Shown here: positions 47,288-61,062 of the stretch, piece by piece
Numbering within the stretch: position 1 is the first letter of the stretch
Layout: the number at the start of each line of letters is the position of its first letter
NCBI GenBank assembly: GCA_021613535.1
Contig: CP075496.1
Location: forward strand, 9,858,001 to 9,922,000
Reading direction: 5' to 3'
DNA length: 64,000 nt
Origin: Adineta vaga
Lineage: Eukaryota; Animalia; Rotifera
Translations under genes and position numbers: made by a program
The notes under the pieces: model-generated
Database searches by the model: none
Told to the model about the DNA's origin: nothing
What the model saw: the letters and a program-made list of their open reading frames with translations, nothing else

Positions 47288-50200
47288 CTAAGCGGTATAT
47301 GTTATTCTGAGATACGGCATTGCTTGTCCATATCGATAAACAATATATTCATCAGAGTATGGATGCCCCGCAAATGTTGCATGTATTGAATGATGTCCTT
47401 TGGGAGCAGAAACTAGTTCTGGATTATTCTCTTGAATAACAGACTCTTTCCCTAATGTCACCCTGTTATAATACATGATACGTGTTTGATTACTCGGATC
47501 AGCTTCTGTATAACTGTGAGAAACACTAGGATTGTCAGCAAAATAAGCACCATGACCTATTGAGAAAAAATAATGTTACAAAAGAGAATTTCTCATTCAT
47601 ACAGGCACACTCACCAAATTTGCCTTTACCAAACTTCGTACCCCAATATCGATCATCATATCCATCATTCAATATTCCATCAATAGCTTCACCACTCGTT
47701 CCATGAAACAATTCACGTTCATTCGGATTTTGACCTGCACATTGCTTTGCAATGATCTTTTTCATCGATAGATATGCATCTTCAATCAATGGATTTCGAA
47801 TTTGTTCGATTGACTTGACATCTGCTTGATTTCCAAGATATGTTTTCATTGTTTGAACCAATAATTGATACAAGGGCGATGATGGGGGTAATGGAACAAG
47901 TACAACATGATATTTCGGTGGTGGATCAGGAACAACATGCATCGGTTCACCAAGCTGTGTCCATCCGCGACTTTGCATTTTTTTTATCCGATCTGTAACT
48001 TGAAAATCAATGGGACGCAGAACTTGAAATCGTTTGTTTTTGATGTTATCAACGATGATTTCGAGATCGATTGAATAGGGTTTACGTTCAATGTCAACTC
48101 TCATTCCAAGTTCTTTCGTATAATCTTTTTCCACTGACAGATTACTAACATCAAAATCGATTCGATCATGTGTGAGAGCAACATGAGGTTCGATTAGATC
48201 CATTGTAAATGCACCAGTACTTGTGTTTTTATCAAGTAAAAGGACATATCGCCAATCTTCTCGTATTACTTCACATTCGATCTGATATCGATGTAACTGA
48301 TCAAGAAACTTGTCAATATCAAAGTATCTGTTTAATGGAAGATGACAATCAAGATCTGATGGTATAAAACCTTTGTCGAGATAAGGGATCATGTCGCCAG
48401 CTTTGTTCTTCACGTAAGTGATCCATGTAGAGGAGCAGTAGTTGGTCGATTACTGTAATTTCCAACAATCCAATCGCGAACAAATCCACCTTCTAATCGA
48501 CAATCAAACTGAGTGACAGCTATCCATGCCACAACTTCCATTCGCGTTTCTCGTGTTGCTTTTGAACCTTTCAAACTTTTCCACAATTCGATGGAAGTTC
48601 GTTTGCTGTCAGTGACGCGTGCAATTCTTTCTTCGATATCTAAGCATTTCTTTCGCATTTGTGGTTTTAGAATACGTGGTGGTATGCCTAAACAAGAGAG
48701 AACATATTATATACTTTGATATTCTATTTTGAATGTTCGTTTATATGTCGATGTTGACTTACCAGCATTGGGATGTCGAATGACAGCACACATTTTGAGC
48801 CATCCAAGAAATGAGTTAAATTCGTTTTGAACAAGTTGATTTTGTGAGTCTCTTCCGACAATGGTCACTTCACATTCATCTTTCACAAGACTAGTATTGA
48901 CAGTAATTTTGACTTGTCGTTGTGCTTCCCATCTCCAGATCATTGGCTGAAATATCCATGACGTTTTTGCAACACTTTCTAAATTTCTTGCCACTCTTTT
49001 GTAATCAGTACTTGTAATCGATGAATAGGGATTTTGTAATTTGAATTTGGTTTCGACAATTAATTGTCTTAGGATATATAATTCGGCATCTAGAACTTGG
49101 CCAGCTATTCCTTGAAGAATGACAATTTGACTACTGAGTTGCATTTGGGCTCTAGGAAAAGCTTGTTTGGCCGAGGCGAGAATGTTATTCGAATTGAGTC
49201 TGGTTTCTTCCGCAGTGTTGAGAGTGATTTTTCTGTTAATTGAGTGATCGATCCATTGTGACTTGATTTCACCCACAAATGAAAGTACAGCTGTAGCACG
49301 AATGGATGATGAAAAACGAATATCACGTGCAAGAATCAAAGCTACAGGTGCAGCAGTGATGGCACGAGTCAGCGTCGATTGAAGATCGAGAACAGCTACA
49401 TCTTCTTTTGTTGTGGATGAATATCGAGTGAAAAGATGAGTTTTGCCTTGTAATTCTTTCATCGATACAAATACATTATCACCATATCCTTCCAATAATG
49501 ATTTAGCTATCGACGGCCAATGACAACTGGACATGTATGCTTTTGCTTGGTATTCTGGAGATCGTTTAAAATCTCGTTCTAGATTTTTATATCTGTTTAA
49601 TGCTTGTTTCAAGACATGTGCTATGTTGACAAGTCCTTTTGCCTGACAAACTTTGTCTAATCTGAATTGATCGGATGGAACACTTTCTTTCAGTAGCAGA
49701 ATCTCGTTCATCACTGTCAATAAACTCATGAAATCACCTTCGGATCGTTTCATTGCATCGGGAAGAGCTTTCAACACTGATGATGTGTTGAGAACACCAA
49801 GAATCGACGAAAGAACAATGAGATCACGACCACAATGATGTTTATCCAAAGCAGCTAGAACTGCTTTTGACATTGACAATGATCCAAAATCAGGTAGTTG
49901 TGCAATACTCATTCCGATCGATGTGAGATTTTCTTTTGCATCCAAGATGTCTGAAAGAGAACGAGAGCAAGAATGATGAATATTGAAATGAAAGATGGAA
50001 AAGAGACACTTACTCAATCGTTGAAGTTCATTGGTTGCAACACTGATTGCTTGAGGAGATGGTGAATTAGGTAAGAATTGTTTGATATAATTGAGTCCTT
50101 GTTTGATCGATGATCTTCTCAATGAGAGTTCAACATTTGATAGTTCTGATTGACAGATCTGTGGTATGGGAAATTTCTTGTCTTCCACTTTGTAATCATA

Positions 50201-53200
50201 CAATGCATAGTATTCACCAGGTTTAGTGCGTCCTAATCGTCCAAGACGTTGTTTGATTGTTGATTCAGCTGCTCGAACTTCTTTGAGAATGGTTTGTTTG
50301 AGGGTGATATCATAGACAGGAATGTTAATCATTCCAGTATCGATCACATAGGTCAAAGATGGAAACGTGAGTGATGTTTCGGCAACAGTTGTTGAAAAGA
50401 AGATCGTGCCATGTTCGATGAATTGTTGTTGCTCTCTGGCTGATTGAGATTGAATAAGTGGAAGAGCAACAAGTGTTTCTCGACTGATTTCTGAGAGAAG
50501 CCGACAAGATTGATGAACTTCGGCGACACTACTGACGAAACATAAGATTTGATCATGTCGTTGTCGTTTTTTGCATAGTTCTTGTACAAGATCTAGAATA
50601 TTTTGGTTTGGTCTTTCGATTTTAGTGACATGATGCAATGTTCCAAGACTAGCCATTTGAAACTGTTCGAATTTGAGTTGTGGAATTTTACGAAATAGTG
50701 TTGGAACAGATGTATCAAGAGTAGCTGATGAAATGATGATTTTGATTTTGGATTTGAGTTGTGGTTTATTCGTGAGAAGACGAGCAATCAACGCTAGACA
50801 TAGATCAATGTTGACTGATCTTTCATGAACCTCATCGATGAAGAAAACGATAGCTTTGTTGACTTTTGATTTATCTGAAACTAAGTTTTCATCATGTAAC
50901 AGCCGTTCTTTCAATAATCCATCAGTCAGATATAGGATTGGAGCATCTGTATCTTTGTCATCACCACTTACAGCCCATCCTGCTAGTCTGAATGTTCCTT
51001 GGGTTGTCATCATTGTTTGATTGACTCGTTCGCAAATGGCTGTACAAGGTAATCGACGAGGTTGTGTGACAATGACTTTGTCGTAGCCTTCAGCAATGAG
51101 GAGTGCTGGTAAGAGACTTGATTTGCCTGATCCTGTCGATGTTGCAATGGTGAGAACTGTACTTTTTTCTATTTTGTCTAGTAGTTCTTTTGATGATTCG
51201 TAGAGAGGCAGTTGAAGAAGAAAACATCGATAGTATAACATGATTCGTTGTAATAGTTTTGGAATGAGTCTTAGTTGTTCGAGGTCAAAGCCATGATATT
51301 TGTCGTTTGTTTGTAATTCTTTTTTGACTTTGTCGATGAATTCGTTCATGGTTTGCATGGATTTGGCGGATGGCTTTTTGTCAAATTTGGTTCTTTCGGA
51401 GAAGACTTGTTGTTTGATAAATTCATTGAACGCTTCGAACTTGATAATTTCTAACTCAGGTATGAACTGCTTTTTCGCCATGTATCTCGTTGTGAGCTTC
51501 TGTAGTAGCGCTGCTGTTTGATAATCAGGATCTGTAATCGTTTCATCAACCATTGTTTTCGATTGTTGAGTGATGTATTCGTCGAATAGACGGACGAATT
51601 CATCAATCTTTTTCTTTGTCATTTCTTGAAAGTATCTTGTATAGTATTTCCAGTCAGATGACGATGGAACTTTTTTCATTATGATTCGATTGATGGAGTT
51701 AGAAGTGGTATATAATTCATGATTATAGGTATTCTTGGCATGTCGCACGTTTTGTGAAAAACTTTTCATGCGATTGAGAAGTATTCTGAATTCTTCGTGA
51801 TGAGCTTGTACACCTGTCAATGATACACAGTAGTAATTAGATTTTTCTGTCATTGAAAGAGATGGTATTCCAATGAAATATTTATTCATTTGATGTTTGG
51901 ATTTCAAATGTTCGATGACATGTCGAAGTTTACTGAAGAGAAATGTTTTGACAATGAGTGAATCGATGTTATCATAGTCAATGGCTTTGATTTGTCTTAC
52001 TACATCCTTGAGCTCTTGTTCATGAGTTTGTCGACTGAGTAATTGTTGTTGAAGTTGTGCAAGTTTTTCATTAGTTCGTTGTAACTGTTGTTCTTTCTCT
52101 TTGGATAGTTTTTGTTGTGATTGTCTATGTTGTTCAAGTTTTGACTTTTCTCTTTCAATTTGATCTTTTAATTCTTTAACTTCTGATCCTAATTTCTCCC
52201 TGAACTCAGCAGCTACCTGGTCTCGTAACACAGGATTAACTCTTTCGACAATAGAGGCCGTATCGGTATCATCGGCGCGTTGATTATAAAACTGTTCGTC
52301 GAGCGTATCTGAATGTTCGCGATGTTTTTTATGATCAGAAGTAGTGGCTGCTGGTTCCCTTACGGAACTACTTGTAGTATATTCATGATTTAGATCAGTA
52401 AGACTCCATGTACCTTGATTGACAATTGATTCCTAAAGTAAGAAAGGAAAAATGTTATAATATTTTCTTTTCATTGGAATAGTTCTGGTGAAGTAAATAA
52501 ATTTGAATATTTTGAAAATCTTGCAGGATATTCGATATACAGATAAAAGTAATATTTTTCTCCTTTTCTAACATGCTAATCTCATGCGCACTCTCGATCT
52601 GATCATTCTGCTTTTATGAAATATCCTCATTGATGTTTTGAACTTACTCGCGTATATTGGTGCGAGGAATCATCGTCCTCATCACCACCTTCATCATCAT
52701 CATTTCCAATTGACAATGCTGCTCCTATCTCGATACCATCATCGTCATCTTCATCTCCAAGATCATTTTCTTCATCTTCTTCTTTCATATCACTCTCCTT
52801 CTTCTTCTCCTTCTTGTTCGTCTTCAGTTTCGACATTTGTTTCAATCGTTTGCTCGTCAATGGTATTGGCTCAACTGTTGCCATCGGATGATAATTATCA
52901 ACATCAACTATTCGCTTTTCATCACTATCATTATTGGATACAAGCTTAGGGATCCATCGAATATAACCAACAAGTGTCCTATCATTATTTGCAAATTCAA
53001 ATGTTTCCAAGTTAATTTTCAACTGATCAGCAACATAAGGAATATTGATTGAAATGACTTTTCGTCGATAGTTCATTGCTTCATCTAATGATTTACTCAC
53101 ATTTTCATCACAACTATACCAACTATTCAAATGAAGTTTGAAACTAATGTCAGTCATGCCAGGAAAATGTTGTATGTTCAATGATGGTGTTGTGTCTTTG

Positions 53201-54396
53201 TCGATTTTGTCACTTTTATCATATTGAATAATCATAAGTTGCCAAAGTGGAAAACAATCAAAATTCAGAATGCTTGAACCACGACATCGAATCCATGCCA
53301 TATTTTTCTGTTGATCTTGTTCATGTCTTCCTGATCGAACGAATTCCATCATTGATGCACTATATAATCCTTTGGCTACTTTGAGATAGACTTGTTTTTG
53401 GAATTGTTCTGATGGCAGAAGTGCTTTGTGTAGTTCTGTTGCTTCTGGTGATGAAAACTTGTACCATTTTGCATCTTGGAAGGGTTTGTATTCCCATAGG
53501 GAATCACGAAGTGGTCGATGATCTTCATCCATGATTGGATAGGTAGGTAATCGATCAGTTGCATCCATCGAATAACGAAGAACAAGATAATCTTGAAAGA
53601 ATTTCTTGATTTTGGAACGACTTTCAGCATTTTGAGTCGGTGTTTCATGTGCTTGATTGTGGATAAAATAGTCAGCACCATGATCAACAAGATATTCGAC
53701 AATGGTCAAATGATTGTTAAAACAAGCAGCATGAAGTGGTGTTGATGCAGCTGCTGGTTTAGGATTGTAATCTTTTGTACTAGAACCTAATGCGAAAGCT
53801 ACATCTCGTTGATTTTGTGCATTAACCAAACAATGTGCTTCTTCAATCAAATACTTGACAAGATGAAGATGATTATTTCTTGCTGCTGAATATAATAAAG
53901 TTGTTTCCCAAAGACCTGGTTTATTTTTATATGCTGGATACTGTTGAATGAAGGTTTTGACTATATCGAGTTGACCATTGAATGCAGCTGGGAAAGCTTC
54001 TAATGCTGCAAGAAGACCTTTTAAATCTTGTTGAAATGGATGTAAGAGAGCAATAGAAAGAGTGGGACTGAATGTTTTCTTAGTGCGATTATACTGATAG
54101 GTATGAAGAAAGTCGAGAAGATAGTTTGAGGATTCTGTTGGAAGTTGTGGTAGATGTTCATCGAGAACAGCTTGAACATTGAAAGTGAGAGTGTCGAGAT
54201 ATTGATTTTCTTCTTCATTTAATGTAAATGTACAAACGTTACTGGTCAACTGAGAGTTGTGGATACTGGTGGATGTATTTTTATCTGTTTGTAATTGCTT
54301 GTCTGATAAGTTTAGTCTTCGAAGGCATTCTTCAACTAATTTAATAATTTCAGTCAAACTTTCTTTTAATCTTCGTTCGCCACTCGTGGTTGACAT
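47288..54396 (-). CDS. Ankyrin-WWE-DEAH helicase-nucleotidyltransferase-PARP fusion protein, copy 2 (inverted paralog, 1-nt frameshift near 48432)
   Basis: Same motifs and intron positions as copy 1 (intron 1 at 52433..52647). One base is missing in a CCC run (gctcctctaca versus gctccctctaca in copy 1). Confidence 0.85.
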
Positions 54397-56169
54397 CTAA
54401 AAATGATGAATATACATAATAGCGATAATTGTAAGATATAATAATTATTTTATAAATATTTTCTTGTCAATACTTAATGAGTACGACACGAATTCGTTTA
54501 TTTATATTCAAAATCAATAGTAGTTTTCATTTAATTTGAGCCACAATCGTTAATTGTAGGTTATCGTAGTTAGGGTGATAAAGTCTTGCGAAACTGTAAG
54601 TTCGAAAAGTATCTATACGTAGCAATCGGGTCTATCAAAACGAAGTAGTTGTCATAATAAATAGTAAACTTACTCTCAGCTCATTATGAATAAATACTTT
54701 CAGTATCTATTTCTCAGTGGGTTTCCAAGACGATAGTATCATCATTATACTCAGAACCGTATGAAAACTATGTCGATACCTTCAAATATTTTCGAGTATT
54801 TAAATTAAGTTGTTTATACGTTGATATTACGACATCTTCTATCTTTCTTCTTTTCAACAATATACGAAATTATATTTTACGAAACAGAATTTAACATCTT
54901 GGAATAAAGAAAGAAATAGAAACTATATAACGCAGTATGATCTGCTCTCAAATAATTCAAAACAAGCTGTTGCAAATTAACAAATGGTGAGATATGATGG
55001 ACGTTCGTTAAATTGGATGAATACTTAGTGTATTCAAACATTCCTCGTAAATAACGAGACCTCTAAATTTGTGACTGAGAAGTGCATTACCTTAGCGTTG
55101 TTTATTGTGGTGTCTTTGTTGTAATAGAATTGTTTCTAACAAGTTGTGCTCTGTTTAAACATGTAATTTTCTTTTTTTTCTCCTCTTTATATATCTTTCA
55201 TTATATTTCAGCATTTTTCCGAGAAAGAAAATGTTTTTTCTTTCTTTTTCATTATTTATTGCTCTTTTCAAAGGATGCTGTGTTGTTTTTTATGATGAGA
55301 TTACCAAAATTTACTCAGAGCGTTAAAAGATAAGAGTATACCTTTTTGTCTTTATACGTAACTCAGAGATTTGGAGAGCAAAGTCAAATATTCATATAAG
55401 GTTTTTTCCAACATCATTATTCTACCTCAAGTTTGAGATACTAATAATAGTACAAGATCTTTATAGTTCATAGATTCTGTAATATTCCTAAGTAAACCTG
55501 TGAAAATTGTTTTATAATATGCTGCACAAATGATGTTCTTACGAATTTGGTTTTTATAATTGTACAAGTTTCTTAACAACCCTCTCGTCTTGCTTTCTAT
55601 AATGTCGCTTTATATATCCTTTTTTTCGACGACAGAAAATCTCAAAGAACATGTTGTTTTGGACAAGAATTCTGAAAAGCGTATTCAGATTCATACAATA
55701 GTAGATCACCGGATCAAAGTAACATACAACCTACTTGCACTGAATTTAATGATTTCGATCTTCATGCAAATGTGAACCGGTTTAAAAAGGATGAAATAAA
55801 CATTGAAATTCCGTCTATTATAGGATTAATGTCTAAAAATGAATGTCTTACGTTTTTATAGGAGAAAGTGATGAATTCGCCTTAGTAACCATCGGAATAT
55901 CCGTAGACTCTTGATCTGATATATGACATCATATTTTTTTTTCTTCTTCTGGAACTTTCGAGTGCATGTAGAGATGTACATGTGAATACGGATGGGTGAA
56001 TATCGACAAATATAAATATGTCAAAGTCAGTTCTCTCTCTGCACAATGTGTATTAAGATCTGTTTCCATATATAATATCAAGAAGCGAAACATATATTTT
56101 TCAATTCTAATATTCAAATATCAATACAATCATCGATACATGCCTCATAAATTGTTGTTAATATACAGC

Positions 56170-57183
56170 AATTTAACTCTTTCAACACTTCCAAATCAAT
56201 TACCCTATCATATTTTATAGACGTTCTCGACAATGAAACTATTCTGTTTTCCTTTAGATTCACTTGTAAACGATTCTATTCTATCACTCAAACATACAAT
56301 AAATATCAACTTGATTTTAAATTTATATTTAGACTATTTTTTCATTCACTATGCCGTTTTAATGCATTCTAAAAATATTTTTTTATCACTAACACTATCT
56401 AATGAAGATCAAATTCCAGATCAAATCAAATGTTTTCTCTCATCATTTCCATTTCAACAAATGACACGTTTACGTTCCTTAACGCTTCTAAAATTGATGA
56501 AGATGATTTACAAACTATTCTACAAAATCTTGAAACTTTATCAGCACTCTTTTTGACGGTTTCTAATAAACATCCACGACATTTTGACTATCAATTTATC
56601 TAAACAAAATATCCACGATTTATCATGGCCAAAACAATGTTTTCTTCGTCGTTACAATTGAAGAAACTAACAATTGACGATTGTATCTTACTAGTTAATT
56701 CTGATATTGATAATTCCGTAGTATATATACAATTAATATCTCTGACATTAAACCAAAAGATTCTCAACGATTCCAATCACTCAAACAGTAATTACATCAT
56801 ATCAAACACCATTTTGGATTGAAACTAAAAGGTGGTTTGTTAATTGTTACTATTTTAAAAATTCAAGTAACTATTGTCTGTATTCAAATTTTTATAACGA
56901 TACTTCTATGACCGATAATGTACATAAAATGCTATTGGAATTAACCACTTTGATGAATGCACATGAGAATCATCAAGATGTATGTTTTCTAATTCGTAGA
57001 ATAAAATCATATCAGAATATTCTTCTTTTTTTTCTAGAATACTTTATCAAACTATCTACACTTTCGTCAATTAAATGTAGAGATACTGAATATTCTGCAG
57101 AGGAATTATCGAAATGGTTTATGGAAACAAGATCGAATTCGACAATTAGTAAGGGCCATTATCTTTTAAAGATTTGGCTTTGA
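56170..57183 (+). pseudogene. Degraded F-box/LRR-like gene
   Basis: TLSTLPNQLPYHIL* (F-box start) and LSLTLSNEDQIPDQIKCFLSSFPFQQMTRLRSLTL; broken by stops and frameshifts. Confidence 0.55.
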
Positions 57184-57414
57184 CATTAAGTTTTATACAT
57201 GTATTCAAGAAACATAAATTTTGAAAAAAAAACCCTTCTTTGACATGTTTCATACGATATGATTCTATAATAAGAATGAGTAGTTATTCAACTGTGGCAC
57301 TCATCATCAATCACAAAGCTTTCATATTCCCTCTGAAATTAGAAGTAAATGAACTTTAAAGTCTTTTGATCACATTTGTTTTTGCATATCCATCAATCAT
57401 TAACAACAAAGTAG

Positions 57415-58272
57415 TCAGTTCCATGCTATTGGTGCACCACGTGATCGAAGTCGACCTTCATAAAATCCAATAAATACATTATTGAAATATGTTTGAAATT
57501 CAGGAGATATCTGTTTAAAATCAATCAAACGTTTACTACATCCATGCTTATACCAATGTGTAGTAAAATTAACGTTTGATTGAAAAAATACATCAGGTAT
57601 TTTATATGATTTTTCAAGTTCTTTTAGTAGATTATCTTGTGAAACTAACTGTTTAATCGTAGTCGCTTCAAGAAATAAATTCAAATGATCAATCGAATCA
57701 GTTCGTTTCCGACTTAAACCATGTACGAGATGTACCATTAAAACAACAATTTCCTTATGAAGTTCTTGAACATCATCTGTATCTTTGATAGCCGAATCAA
57801 TATAATGTCCAGCAAAATTTCGAACAAATCGAATCAATTTACATATCATATTATCCGTAGTCGTAAAAATATAATGATGATATTGAGATAAGGCATCAAA
57901 ATAATGAGAATATCGACAGTTTGTTTGATGTTTACACGATTGTGTATACCAAAATAAACATATTTTCGGCTGCCGATATAAAACTTCATGTTCACGATGG
58001 CATTGTTCACGTGATTTAGAACAATTTCCATCTTTGATGACATTGATACATGCCCGACGATCCCATAATGTTGTTTCCAAGTGAAGTGTATCTTTTGTTG
58101 TTTCATGAATGTAGATAAATAGGAGAAGACCTTTTTCTAAACGAGCGAAATTGACATTTTTCGAAGTTCGTCGTGTTTCATAATAATCACTAGCCTCTGA
58201 TGAATTATCAGTAGAATCTTGTTCAAGTGTAATTCCAGCAATCTGTTCAGATAAAACATCCATTGTTGTCAT
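57415..58272 (-). CDS. Tandem CCCH zinc-finger protein, intronless
   Basis: C-x8-C-x6-C-x3-H (CINVIKDGNCSKSREQCHREH) and C-x7-C-x5-C-x3-H (CLFWYTQSCKHQTNCRYSH), followed by an unrecognised helical domain. Confidence 0.7.
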   Translation of the reverse strand: MTTMDVLSEQIAGITLEQDSTDNSSEASDYYETRRTSKNVNFARLEKGLLLFIYIHETTKDTLHLETTLWDRRACINVIKDGNCSKSREQCHREHEVLYRQPKICLFWYTQSCKHQTNCRYSHYFDALSQYHHYIFTTTDNMICKLIRFVRNFAGHYIDSAIKDTDDVQELHKEIVVLMVHLVHGLSRKRTDSIDHLNLFLEATTIKQLVSQDNLLKELEKSYKIPDVFFQSNVNFTTHWYKHGCSKRLIDFKQISPEFQTYFNNVFIGFYEGRLRSRGAPIAWN

Positions 58273-59182
58273 AACAAACTATTGTAAAATTGAAAGCCTT
58301 ATATTAACTGCAAAATTCCCAGATTGGTTTTGTTGTTTCACATACTTTTTTTTGTGAAAAAAACAATACGGTAAACGTATATTTTAGATTACGAAATGTA
58401 TGTTTTTGCATTATAAACAAATTAATCACGTGGAATGTAGAGACGAAAACTAACGAAGAAAAGAATGTTTGAGACAATAAGAAGTAACTATGTAGGTGTT
58501 TGTTTTTCTATTAGATAAAGAAAAACATATATTCATCATTTGATTTGATTATTCAATATACACCAATGGAATTATTTCAAATCTTTGTAATCGATTTAAT
58601 GAAATACCAGAAACGATCACAATAAATAATTTCATTCATATCGAATTATTTTATCGTTATTTTTTATCGTCATATTTGCAATATACGATGACATGATACG
58701 GGTGAGAGAAAAATTGAGAAACTGTCTTTGCTTATGCAGGTTTTAGTTCAGGAACAAACGAGATTTCAAGAGAAATTGTAAGTTAATCATATGGAAATAA
58801 GCAATTGAAATTTCAAACTAAAAGGAAATAAAAATTCGATGAATATGACGATAATATTTTTTAAAAATTGGAAAATTCATTTAAAACAAGGTATCTACGA
58901 TTTGTAATTGTGGAGGAAGTAAGAAGTGGGTAACGGTAATAGTAAATTAAGTTTCCGTAATAAATTCATAGTCAGGTTTTTCTTCATCAACAAGCAGTTG
59001 GAGAATAGCCATCGAAAAAATATTTTAAAACTTTATAAAACTAATTACATTAAGAAAGATGATGGAATGTGAAGAGAGAGAGAGAGAGGGTTTGTGAAAG
59101 AGAAACTAGAAATAGTTAATATATATATGGGTAATAGAAAAACAATTTTTACTATTAATTTATAATTGTTGTTTAAATAACA

Positions 59183-60520
59183 ATGTGTACGTATTCAGTA
59201 GCATTTGGTTTAAAACAAACACTTGTTCAAACAACATTTGTAGCACATAGTGATCCACCAACAGGTTATGATGTGATTATTAAATTTCATTCGGCAAAAG
59301 TTCGTTCTTGAAGAATTTTTTCCAAAATTTTTAATCTTATTCTTTGTTACTACTGTAGGATTTACCAAAAACATTTCTTGTCAGACATACCGATCCATAT
59401 TTTATTGCTAAACTTGATCAGCAACTTTCCTATACGTAAATATTGATTTTTATATAAAACAAACCTTTCCATTTCGTTTTCTTACAGATCAGCTATTGCA
59501 TCAAAGACATCATCACCTATTTGGAATGATGAAGAATGGGTTGTTCGAAATATTCCAATTAATGCTAAATTATCTGTCAAAGTCTACGATAAAGATGATG
59601 ATAAACTTATTGATAATTACATTGGAAATTTTGATATTCTTGATCTTATCAACTACACTGCTCCTTTAGAAGGTCATAAAATTTCAGGTCCATTTGGTCA
59701 ACATAATGGTAATTTTTATTTATCTATTCATTCGATGCCATCATCTGACGAAACAAAACTTTTACCTCGATATACATTCGATGGTCCTTGTCGATATTTT
59801 CGTCATGATTCATTTGCCGTTGGTCGTTTAACTATGCTTAATGCTGATTGCGTCTATTCAACATGGAAAATAGAAATACGACGGATTTCGGCATTTTTTA
59901 ATCCATATGATCGACAACATTGGAATAAGAAATATCGAGCTGCTCAAGCTATATTTGGTAATTCTCCTTTAACATTAGCATCACAAAGTACCATCAAATT
60001 AGCTCATAAAGCCTTACATGGTCAAACATTGAAAAATGCGGAAAATGGTCACATACACGACGCTGAAGATCTCTGGACAACAATCTTCACCGATCGAACA
60101 ACAAATCAGATCAGACCGTGCGTTTATACATATATTATTGATGAGCATACGTGGCGATTCAGTCAAACAGGTTCTCAGATTTTCACCGATTTTGCAAGTA
60201 AACATGCATTATTAGCTAATTGTTCGGAGTATGTCCGTTATGCTGGAGAATTTCATCCTCGACCAAAACATGGCTGGAATAAATGTGATGATGAATGGGA
60301 ATTAGTATTTGATAATGGATCAGGCACATATGCACCTGCTGTGAATCTGCTCAATAATTTAAAAGAATTATTAATGTTTAACTTTCCTGGATTGAATATT
60401 GTAACATATGATCATGATGATCCACAATTGAAAGTAAGTATAGAAGAATTAGAGAAATTTATGGAAGCTCATTTAACTGCTACTACAAGTACACATGGAC
60501 TATTTTGTTTATGCGATTGA
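59183..60520 (+). CDS. C2-domain protein with a conserved C-terminal domain, copy 1, 3 exons
   Basis: DLPK..DPYF..P.WN..W.V..KVYDKDD..DNYIG (C2); C-terminal SKHALL..VRYAGEFH..DNGSGTYAP; introns near 59300 and 59437. Confidence 0.75.
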
Positions 60521-61062
60521 TATTTTCGTTGTCATCTGAAAAATAAAAAAAAACTGACAGTTCTCAATAGAAAACTGAATGTTTTTTTCTATGACAATTA
60601 TATGTAGTACAAAGTAAATTTATAATAGAGAATAGTGTAATCTTGTTCTCTGTATTATCAAGGAAATAGATTTCAAGTTAATTTTGGACGTAGTAAGACA
60701 TGTTATTTAAAAGAAATATAAATATTGCGTTGGCAATTTTGTTCAAACTCTAAATTAAATTTTTTCAATTATCAATGTTATAAGAAAACTATAGGTATGG
60801 TCTCCTAGTACAATTTATTATCTGATCTGTACAAAACTTATTCAATAAAATTTATGAAATGAAGATAAAAAGACGAAGAAAATAGAGTACGTCGAATATA
60901 AATTTACATCCTATGTTCAATTCATGTTAAGAAAAAGAATTGATTGTGATCAACAACTCACGATATATATATAAATATATATGTTTGTCAAGACATGTAA
61001 GATGACATCATTAGTATCCATTATATCCATATTGCTAGTATATATCTATAAACTCTCTACTA

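Noticed and set aside
22918-54396. Large inverted repeat as a pure assembly fold-back or a giant transposon TIR
   Set aside because: Similarity is limited to the gene body, includes strongly diverged coding blocks and a different intron 1, and no transposase or shared termini are visible.
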